32,000 nucleotides of DNA from Candidatus Saccharimonadota bacterium (GTDB lineage Bacteria > Patescibacteriota > Microgenomatia > UBA1406 > GWC2-37-13), in the NCBI GenBank assembly GCA_016699265.1, contig CP064967.1, positions 270,001 to 302,000 of the forward strand. The letters run 5' to 3'. Below the pieces are notes generated by a model. It was given only the letters and a program-made list of their open reading frames with translations, ran no database searches and was not told the origin of the DNA. The translations under genes and the position numbers were made by a program. Shown piece after piece: positions 9,667 to 16,423 of the stretch. Position 1 is the stretch's first letter, and each line of letters opens with the position of its first letter.

Positions 9667-10410
9667 TTGGGAGTTCAGTCAGTTCCACTTATCGTTAACT
9701 CATACTTCGTGGTTGCTTATTTGTTGGGACTATTGGTCAGCAATATTAAAAACAAAAAAATATTTTTCTTTTTATCGGTTTTTTTAGTCGCATCTCTACC
9801 CGCACTAATCCCAATTCATATTATTCAGATTGCGGCAGAGCGTTATGCATACCTCGGAACTTTTGGACTGATTACGGCGGTAGTTTTAGCACTTTTTAAT
9901 GTTGCTGCTAGATATAAGATCAATGTTATATGGCTATATGTAATATTGTCGGTTTGCGTACTAGCTTTAGCTTGGAGAACCAACGATAGAGCAAAGGATT
10001 GGGAGAGCGAGATGAGTCTACGTCTTGCTACACTTAGTACCGCTCCATATAGTTCCCGCGCTCATAATAATGTAGGCATTCAACTTATGAATGAAAACAG
10101 AGATAGTGAAGCTATGGTGGAGTTTGAGAAATCAATATCTCTAAAGCCTGACTACAGTCATCCATACCACAATATCGGGCATATGCTGGCGGTGCGCGGA
10201 AGATACGCTGAGGCATTGCCATTTTATCTTAAAGCGATTTCTCTTAATTCGTACGAATGGAAGACTCGTCAGGACATTGGGCAGGTATATTTTATGCTTA
10301 AAAAATATTCCGAAGCCAAAGTGCAGTTAACAAGAGCAATTGAACAAGGTTCCCCAGAAGTAGAAAGACTTCAGACTATTTTAAATAGGATAAGTGAGTT
10401 AGGATTTTGA
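9667..10410 (+). CDS. TPR-fused GT-C paralog, copy 2, intact C-terminal part (last helices and TPRs)
   Basis: IAAERYAYLGTFG matches VVAERYAYLSIVG of copy 1. TPRs follow: RAHNNVGIQLMNENRDSEAMVEFEKSISLKPDYSHPYHNIGHML... Stop is TGA 10408-10410. Confidence 0.7.
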   Translation: MGVQSVPLIVNSYFVVAYLLGLLVSNIKNKKIFFFLSVFLVASLPALIPIHIIQIAAERYAYLGTFGLITAVVLALFNVAARYKINVIWLYVILSVCVLALAWRTNDRAKDWESEMSLRLATLSTAPYSSRAHNNVGIQLMNENRDSEAMVEFEKSISLKPDYSHPYHNIGHMLAVRGRYAEALPFYLKAISLNSYEWKTRQDIGQVYFMLKKYSEAKVQLTRAIEQGSPEVERLQTILNRISELGF

Positions 10411-10465
10411 ACTTCTGGATCACGGATCAAGTCCGGGATGACAACGGCGTCATACCGTGCATAGG

Positions 10466-11872
10466 TTAGAGGTTAACTGCACTGTCTGCGAGTTTGATTG
10501 CTGATTTCTCCGCATCAACAGATGTCTTAGGTGCAACAAAATGCTTTCCGAGACTTTTAAAGGCGTTTTTCCAGAATTTAGGAGAGCTCCAGCTAACCTT
10601 GGTTTGGTTAGAATCAAAGTCGAGAAGATGACCAATGAGTTTCCATGCCATGTAGAAAAGATACTTAAAGTCGTGCAGACTTCGAATGCTTAGGAGCTTT
10701 CTTGTTATGTACTGTGGTGTCATGAAGGATGAGTATAGATCTTGTTCTAGCTCGTAAATCTTCTGCTTAGGAAAGGGCGTTTTCATCACAGACTGTCTCA
10801 TGTCGAATTTATCGTAATCGTCAGTAAGTAGCCAACCTTTTTCCTTGCATTCTTTGTAAAGTGGAGTTCCTGGATATGGAATAACAATAGTCGCCTGCAT
10901 CGTTTCGTAATAACCCTTTTTGAAGGCGTACTTTGCGATTGCGATTGTTCGTCGTGCCTCTTTTAGTGTCTCCCATGGATAGCCCAACATTATTGTTACG
11001 TGTGGATCCATTCCATATTTTTTGGCAAGTCGTGGGCCATTAATTGCATCTACTTCCTTTGTTCCTTTGTCTAGTTTGTCTAAGGTTTTTTGATTTCCAG
11101 ACTCCATTCCGTACAGAATGAATCTGAATCGAGCCTCACCCATAAGTTTGTAATACTCTTCATTCAATGCATTGAAGCGCATGTTACATCCGTATCTTAC
11201 TTTCTTGTTATAGCCACTTTCAATTAATAGTTCGCAGAATCTCTTAAGTTTTGGACCAATGAACATGGTTCCCGCATCATCGAAGATCTCCTTTATACCG
11301 TATTTATCAACGACATGCTTAACCTCTGCAAACAATCTTTCAGGTGAGAAGCTTCTATATGAACCAAGTGGATTTATGGTGTGATCCCAAACACAGAAAG
11401 TGCAACGATTCCACCAACAGTCACGTCCTGAATACATATATGTTGCTGGTGTGTATTTATAGTTACCATTTTCGTATGCGTAGAGTTTCCACTTGGTAAG
11501 GTCACGGTCAACAAAAGGCAGTGTGTCAAGGTTGTGTTTTAAGGATGCAATTCCGCTGTTATAGACGAATCCTTTATTTGGGAGTTGTTTTTTTCCGGCT
11601 GGTCTTGCCTTTATATTTTTATCTCCTTTTCTCCAGTAGACTCCTCCCTCAAGCTTCTCCCCTTTATATATGTGATTGAGAAGATTAACCGCCATAAAGT
11701 CATAATCTCCACCTGCAATTGCATAGTCAATGTTGCTGTTTTCAAATAGCTCATTTGGGAGATAGCTGACATGATCCCCTACCCAGATAAGTTTAATGCT
11801 CGGAATTTTCTCCTTAATGTCGTTTATTTGTTTCCAGTGAGTCTTCACAATGGGAGATTTTGTCTCTACCAT
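10466..11872 (-). CDS. B12-binding-domain radical SAM enzyme (class B-like), main body
   Basis: 468 aa. A cobalamin-domain-like N-terminus (IKLIWVGDHVSYLP, AIAGGDYD) is followed by GRDCWWNRCTFCVWD, checked at nucleotide level at 11391-11430. This is a Cys triad with CX4CX2C spacing. Confidence 0.75.
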   Translation of the reverse strand: MVETKSPIVKTHWKQINDIKEKIPSIKLIWVGDHVSYLPNELFENSNIDYAIAGGDYDFMAVNLLNHIYKGEKLEGGVYWRKGDKNIKARPAGKKQLPNKGFVYNSGIASLKHNLDTLPFVDRDLTKWKLYAYENGNYKYTPATYMYSGRDCWWNRCTFCVWDHTINPLGSYRSFSPERLFAEVKHVVDKYGIKEIFDDAGTMFIGPKLKRFCELLIESGYNKKVRYGCNMRFNALNEEYYKLMGEARFRFILYGMESGNQKTLDKLDKGTKEVDAINGPRLAKKYGMDPHVTIMLGYPWETLKEARRTIAIAKYAFKKGYYETMQATIVIPYPGTPLYKECKEKGWLLTDDYDKFDMRQSVMKTPFPKQKIYELEQDLYSSFMTPQYITRKLLSIRSLHDFKYLFYMAWKLIGHLLDFDSNQTKVSWSSPKFWKNAFKSLGKHFVAPKTSVDAEKSAIKLADSAVNL

Positions 11873-12147
11873 TAGGTAGTCAACCTTATTCTTTTTAATT
11901 CCTCTATCCAGTCATTGTATTTTTCTTTTCTGCAATGCCGTCCATCCAGAAAACTTTGTAGCCATGATGTTGAAGATTTGATGCTGCATAAGCCGGTACC
12001 ATTGGGTAAATGTAGGTTGCTGCATTGAAGTACTGAAACTGACGATTCTGCGAGAGCAGTGCTACTCCTTTTTAGACTCAAGAGGAGGATAGCCAACCGC
12101 AATCCGCACAACATTACCATCTTTTTACGAATTTTCTTGGCGATCAT
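11873..12147 (-). pseudogene. 5' region of the radical SAM gene, broken by 4-5 frameshifts at A5 runs (sense strand)
   Basis: Sensible peptide segments alternate frames: MIAKKIRKK / (DGNVV)RIAVGYPPLESKK / GVALLSQNRQFQYFNAATYIYPMVPAYAASNLQHHGYKVFWMDGIAEKK / KYNDWIEELK / KNKVDYLMVETKSP. The junctions coincide with + strand T5 runs at 12122-12126, 12069-12073, 11920-11924 and 11892-11896. The 91-aa track ORF 11872..12147 is a frame chimera. Confidence 0.6.
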
Positions 12148-12165
12148 AGTTTAAAGTATCCCAAT

Positions 12166-12663
12166 TTATGCCTCTAAAGTCAATTTTCTAGGTCTTATAA
12201 ATACCCACCAAATCATTGCCGATGAATAAGCTAGATAAAATGATATTTGGATAAGATCCATGGATTTTGTAAGTCCGAAGACTGTTTTTATCATGTCTGA
12301 AGCGATGCTAGATCCATGTGGTATGAAGGCGAGATTAACCTTTCCAACTTCTGGAATATAGCCTGCTTCTGCGAACTCATGAACCCCGCGAGAAAGCAGT
12401 CCGGCCGCAAATAGGATAAGTAGCGTGCTCGTTGCCCGAAATGCATAGAATACCGGTAGCCTAATAGTAGCTGCAAACAAGGCAATAGCAACTAAAAGTC
12501 CCGATAGCAAACCAGCGCTGAATCCCGCAAAAATTTGTTGAGGATTGGTTGATAAGTAAATGGTTGAGAGGAAAAGTACTATTTCAAAGCCTTCTCTAAA
12601 AACCGCTGTAAAGACTAAGATGAACAGGCCATTTTGCTCCGCGCCTTCAAGAGAGTCCCTCAC
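12166..12663 (-). CDS. FTR1/EfeU-family iron permease, C-terminal part (second REXXE motif)
   Basis: FREGFEIVLFLS (REGFE) plus hydrophobic helices. It is joined to the upstream fragment across a GTGA overlap at a T4 run (12665-12668). Adding one base gives continuous ...ELLKKVRDSLEG... Confidence 0.7.
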   Translation of the reverse strand: MRDSLEGAEQNGLFILVFTAVFREGFEIVLFLSTIYLSTNPQQIFAGFSAGLLSGLLVAIALFAATIRLPVFYAFRATSTLLILFAAGLLSRGVHEFAEAGYIPEVGKVNLAFIPHGSSIASDMIKTVFGLTKSMDLIQISFYLAYSSAMIWWVFIRPRKLTLEA

Positions 12664-12986
12664 CTTTTAAGCAGTTCAACCTTGTATCTGGAGAAGTGTT
12701 TGTGCAGAAAGAAAACTGCCCATGTAATAAATATGGCGGATGTAATCATCAGAACTCCTTCAGTGGTCTGTTCTATTTTGCCAGAGTACAGTTTCTGAAA
12801 TTGAAGACCACCAAGGCTTCCAACTCCAATGAGTATGACGCTCAAAAATCCAGCTAAGGCAGTAGCTGTCCATACGGTCTTAATACTTTTGCCCTGATTA
12901 AGCTTACTTAGAATCCCAAGGATCGTTGCTACGATAAGCGATGCCTCAATAACCTCACGAAATGTGATTAAAAATGCGGGTAACAT
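12660..12986 (-). CDS. FTR1/EfeU-family iron permease, N-terminal part (first REXXE motif)
   Basis: MLPAFLITFREVIEASLIV carries the REVIE motif typical of FTR1 helix 1. Confidence 0.7.
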   Translation of the reverse strand: MLPAFLITFREVIEASLIVATILGILSKLNQGKSIKTVWTATALAGFLSVILIGVGSLGGLQFQKLYSGKIEQTTEGVLMITSAIFITWAVFFLHKHFSRYKVELLKR

Positions 12987-13231
12987 CTATTTAGGATACA
13001 CTTTTTGCCTTTTACGAAAACCTCAATGGCAAGGACAGGACAGGACTGTGCTGCAGCCACTATTTTCTCAAGTCGATCCCAGTTTTCATTTTTTATTATT
13101 GCGATGTTGTCCTCATCGAGGTCGAAGGTACTTGGCGCGTATACAACGCATGTAGCCGCACCGATACATTTATCGCGAATAACCTTAATTTCTACGTCTC
13201 CTTTTTTTACTTGAGTTATGTTACTTGTCAT
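12968..13231 (-). CDS. Small single-cluster ferredoxin (CX5C...CP type)
   Basis: VIRDKCIGAATCVVYAPSTFDLDEDNIAII...AAAQSCPVLAIEV matches the 3Fe-4S/4Fe-4S mini-ferredoxin pattern. The last ~12 codons overlap the FTR1 start. One extra A in the A5 run would end it at a TAG directly abutting the FTR1 ATG. Confidence 0.7.
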   Translation of the reverse strand: MTSNITQVKKGDVEIKVIRDKCIGAATCVVYAPSTFDLDEDNIAIIKNENWDRLEKIVAAAQSCPVLAIEVFVKGKKCILNRCYPHF

Positions 13232-14267
13232 ATATTGAGTTGTTTTTATTAAGTCCTTTTTTTAATCCTTTTATAAAATTTAAACCGTAATAAATGTGGG
13301 TCAAAGCTACTGTCGAAGCAGCGCCAAATGCAACAATAAGATTCTTTGACTTGAGTAAAGATTGTATAAAAACTATGGCTATTAGTAAACAGTAAAGCAT
13401 GAGAGGAAGAGACGCGTATAGCGTTAAGCTGCTCATGTGCAGCAGCCATAATAGTATATATATGAAAGGTAGCGTGCCTAGATAAAGCACCAACAGAAGA
13501 GGGGCTAAGTACGTAAGCTCCTTTGAGTTACGGTCGCCATGTGAGAAGAATGCTCCTCTGTGGAAGCCATACTGTCCATGCTGTTTAAGAAAGCCTTTTA
13601 GTTCCATTCTTCTGTGGTGAAACACGAGCACCTTTGGATGGTATAGGATCTTCCCCTTTTCTTTTTCAATTATGTCATTACAGAGTTTACTGTCTTCGCC
13701 TGGCCAGTAGTTGGAGTTAAAGCCACCTACTTTTTCAAAGATTTTCTTATATATAAAAAAATTCATCGATGGATAGTCGATTACAAAACGTTTCTTTTGT
13801 GGTGTAAATCTGTATGCGTATTTGCCAGACCCAAGAAACGTGACGAGCGCTTCATCAAATATTTTTTCCCAAATATTGGTCTTTTCAGGTAGAACCCCAG
13901 GTCCACACAAAACTAAAAATCTCCCATTTTTAAAAAGTGCTGCAGCATTTAAAAGCCAGTCTGGGTCGGGATAGGCGTCATCATCTATAAAGGCGATAAT
14001 CTTACCTTTCGCATTCTTCACGCCAATGTCTCTTTTTTGAGCTGGTCTGGTAATTGATCCTGTCGGAATAATTCTAAGCCAACTATATTTATTCATTAAG
14101 GTTAGATCGTATGTCGAGTGCTCATTTGGAAGAACGATTACCTCAAAATTCTTGAAGGTTTGAAGATCCATATTTGGCAGGTTTTCAAATAGTAGAAAGT
14201 ATGAAAGCGACCGAACTGGAATTACTACGCTGATGAAAGGATGTTTTTTTTTAATTTTTCTTACCAT
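13221..14267 (-). CDS. Family 2 glycosyltransferase with C-terminal membrane segments
   Basis: ISVVIPVRS...FEVIVLPNE...AFIDDDAYPDPDWL GT2 core, with a hydrophobic C-terminus. Confidence 0.8.
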   Translation of the reverse strand: MVRKIKKKHPFISVVIPVRSLSYFLLFENLPNMDLQTFKNFEVIVLPNEHSTYDLTLMNKYSWLRIIPTGSITRPAQKRDIGVKNAKGKIIAFIDDDAYPDPDWLLNAAALFKNGRFLVLCGPGVLPEKTNIWEKIFDEALVTFLGSGKYAYRFTPQKKRFVIDYPSMNFFIYKKIFEKVGGFNSNYWPGEDSKLCNDIIEKEKGKILYHPKVLVFHHRRMELKGFLKQHGQYGFHRGAFFSHGDRNSKELTYLAPLLLVLYLGTLPFIYILLWLLHMSSLTLYASLPLMLYCLLIAIVFIQSLLKSKNLIVAFGAASTVALTHIYYGLNFIKGLKKGLNKNNSIYDK

Positions 14268-15027
14268 GTCTTTGCTTGGAAGGTTTTTTGTGATAATGGT
14301 GAATTATATTTTTTCTATAAAATATTGCCAGTGTGTCAATTAATATTCCCTTGATCGATTTTAGAGTCGCGGCCGATGTTACCGGTCCCAAATGATAATC
14401 GAGCTTAATTGGGGCTTCATATATACGGCTAAATCCTAATGTATCTGCTGCCACGAGCATCTCTAGATCGCCCGCAAACTCTCTTTCCAATAATCGTGGA
14501 AGAATTACTTCCAAGGTTTTTTTTCTGAAAACCTTTATTCCGGCTTGAGTGTCTCTAATTCTTATATTGAAAAGAAACTTAACCAAAAAATAGTAACCAT
14601 AGCTTAATATTTTGCGAACAATTGGATAGCGCACATAAGATGCAGGATGTCTCTTGGAACCGACAATTATATCTGCCTTGTACCATTCCATGTGCTCCAG
14701 TAGCATCGAGATTCCGTTTGGATCAATCTCTTGGCCGGAGTCCAAAAACATTACATAGTCCCCTTTCGTCTTCGTCATACCAAGCCTTATCGCATAGGCC
14801 TTACCTTGATTTTTCATGTAGCCGAGCGTTTTAACATGAGGAATTTTTGCAGACTTTATTCTTTTGAGAGAAGTGTCAAGAATTCCATCTATCACGACAA
14901 TAATTTCGTAGGGGTATCGGATTTGATTTAAGGCAAGAACAATCTGGCTTATATTTTTGACAATCGTTTTTTCCTGTTTGTACACCGGAATGATAAGACT
15001 TAGGAAGTGATTATGTTTGTTTTCCAT
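14251..15027 (-). CDS. Polyprenyl-phosphate sugar synthase-type GT2 (Dpm1/GtrB/ArnC-like)
   Basis: LSLIIPVYKQEKTI...YEIIVVIDG...NQGKAYAIRLG...FLDSGQEIDP...IRDTQAGIKVFRK is the signature layout of the Dpm1/GtrB subfamily. 17-nt overlaps with both neighbouring genes. Confidence 0.7.
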   Translation of the reverse strand: MENKHNHFLSLIIPVYKQEKTIVKNISQIVLALNQIRYPYEIIVVIDGILDTSLKRIKSAKIPHVKTLGYMKNQGKAYAIRLGMTKTKGDYVMFLDSGQEIDPNGISMLLEHMEWYKADIIVGSKRHPASYVRYPIVRKILSYGYYFLVKFLFNIRIRDTQAGIKVFRKKTLEVILPRLLEREFAGDLEMLVAADTLGFSRIYEAPIKLDYHLGPVTSAATLKSIKGILIDTLAIFYRKNIIHHYHKKPSKQRHGKKN

Positions 15028-15388
15028 TGTCGGTATTATACTTCACCAAACAGCCAATTTGCAGAAGCAATAGGAGAGTTCCGATCAGTAAATTAATTGT
15101 AATAATGTTCTGTAACGAGCGTCCTAAAAAATACATAGCTGGAATATAGATAACCCCTACCACTATGGGCATTAAAGAAAGAGAGGATTTTTTGGAAAGA
15201 AAATAATTATTGATCAATGTTGTAGATGCATATAGCGTACCGAATATACTTGCAAGACCAAGTACTGGTGTAATCGATTTGAACTTGCTTCCAAACAAGA
15301 GGTAGACAATGGGTAGTGAGAGGTACTGATAGAACAAAAAACTTACGATTCCTATCGTTGAAAGAATGGCCAATGAAAGCTTAAGCAC
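15011..15388 (-). CDS. MOP/Wzx-type polysaccharide flippase, C-terminal fragment
   Basis: Four hydrophobic helices. It continues the upstream fragment once two 1-nt gaps are bridged (A4 run at 15478-15481 and T5 run at 15402-15406). The bridging frame reads AKIILYLIGPLLTASYIFFSSLKIK. Confidence 0.65.
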   Translation of the reverse strand: MLKLSLAILSTIGIVSFLFYQYLSLPIVYLLFGSKFKSITPVLGLASIFGTLYASTTLINNYFLSKKSSLSLMPIVVGVIYIPAMYFLGRSLQNIITINLLIGTLLLLLQIGCLVKYNTDNGKQT

Positions 15389-15467
15389 TTTCTCATGATT
15401 CTTTTTATTTTCAAACTTGAAAAGAAGATATAGCTTGCGGTCAAGAGAGGTCCTATAAGGTAAAGAA

Positions 15468-16283
15468 TTATTTTAGCAAAAGGCTCCATGATCCATATAT
15501 GCCAGCCTGTTCTGCGGATAGAAATTTTTTTGCCGTAACTACATCTGCATTTCCAAGTAGCGTTAGTCCAAGAATGGAAAAAAACGTAATGATAACCTGT
15601 TTTTGAAAAAGAGAGCTAAGGACTCCCCTTTTAAGTTTCGAATGAATAAGCTGACTTCCTTGTGAAATCTGCCTGAGCGCTATGAATGAACTTGCAACAG
15701 CCGATGCCGTCGATAGAAAAAGGAAAATTATGATTATAAGAATGCCAAACGATACGTCTGTTATCGCAAATGCTCCGCTAAGCTTCAGTAAGACGGCAAT
15801 TATTCCTATAGTTGAGATCCATCCGAAAAGATGAAGCCCTTGAAGCAGAGCAGCATAGTATGCTCCAATAAAACTTAACATGATAAAAGGTGCAATTGAA
15901 GCGCTGCTATAAAATGATAAATTTGTAAATTTTTGAATAACAGGAGTCAAAAAGAGAAACGGAATTAAGAGTAGCCACCATTTCTTAATCTTTGTCAAGA
16001 ACCACTGTTCTAGAGTGAGTGCATAGGCCAGGCCACGTTCATTGTTTGACCCTATCTTTTGTATGATAACCATGGTTATGACGGCCATAGGTACAGAAAA
16101 AATAGTTGTGTAGGAAAACAGTGCTGTGATTTCGCCAAACCCTGTTGGGCCAAGTTTCTTTGCGACAATTAGATTGAAAACGTAGTTAAGAAAACTTCCT
16201 AAAAATGTAGCAACGGTAAACAGAATGCTTCCTCGTAGAAATGGGTTATTCAGGTGACGAGAAAATCTGTCCATTTTAATCAT
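15468..16283 (-). CDS. MOP/Wzx-type polysaccharide flippase, N-terminal fragment
   Basis: Trimmed to MIKMDRFSRHLNNPFLRGSILFTVATFLGSFLNYVFNLIVAKKLGPTGFGEI, a typical polysaccharide-biosynthesis/flippase N-terminus, with multiple TM helices. Confidence 0.7.
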   Translation of the reverse strand: MIKMDRFSRHLNNPFLRGSILFTVATFLGSFLNYVFNLIVAKKLGPTGFGEITALFSYTTIFSVPMAVITMVIIQKIGSNNERGLAYALTLEQWFLTKIKKWWLLLIPFLFLTPVIQKFTNLSFYSSASIAPFIMLSFIGAYYAALLQGLHLFGWISTIGIIAVLLKLSGAFAITDVSFGILIIIIFLFLSTASAVASSFIALRQISQGSQLIHSKLKRGVLSSLFQKQVIITFFSILGLTLLGNADVVTAKKFLSAEQAGIYGSWSLLLK

Positions 16284-16378
16284 TATACAGTCATCTAATG
16301 GATTATAATAGAAGGACAAAACGCCCCGTAACAGTCTGTAAAGTCGAAAGTCTATAAAGTCCGTTTGCAACTGACCTT

Positions 16379-16411
16379 ATGGACCTTAAGGACTTTATGG
16401 ACCTTAAGGAC
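16379..16411. repeat. Tandem direct repeat, 18-bp unit ATGGACCTTAAGGACTTT x1.8, each copy carrying the palindrome CCTTAAGG
   Basis: Read directly: atggaccttaaggacttt atggaccttaaggac. It lies in the flippase/lepA divergent spacer just upstream of the conserved lepA start. Confidence 0.9.
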
Positions 16412-16423
16412 AAACCATGTGAT

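Noticed and set aside
10411-10465. tRNA-like T-arm string (cggATCAAGTccg) in the convergent spacer after GT-C copy 2; possible tRNA gene or att-site remnant
   Set aside because: Only a 3-4 bp stem is present, with no acceptor, D or anticodon arms. The upstream ~70 nt are coding sequence. It is most likely a weak hairpin occurring by chance.
11872-12147. 91-aa ORF upstream of the radical SAM gene as an independent small protein
   Set aside because: Its reading frame is a chimera. Only short stretches (MIAKKIRKK and KYNDWIEELK) belong to the real B12-domain sequence, and the rest of that domain lies in the other two frames.
12660-12670. Split genes explained by an alternative genetic code (UGA read as an amino acid) or by in-frame readthrough
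   Set aside because: Reading through the interrupting stops in frame gives non-homologous peptide; homology resumes only in a shifted frame. TGA also terminates several genes at the expected protein ends (ppa, rplJ, hbd, GT-C copy 2).
16379-16423. N-terminal extensions offered by the ORF track: lepA from 16379, GT-C copy 1 from 7264, peptidase from 30562, flippase from 16370
   Set aside because: The extensions lack homology and overlap divergent genes or repeat DNA. Internal ATGs coincide with the conserved protein N-termini (MKIRNFAIIAHIDHGK, MEKITSF, MNKTNITSII signal anchor and MIKMDRFS).
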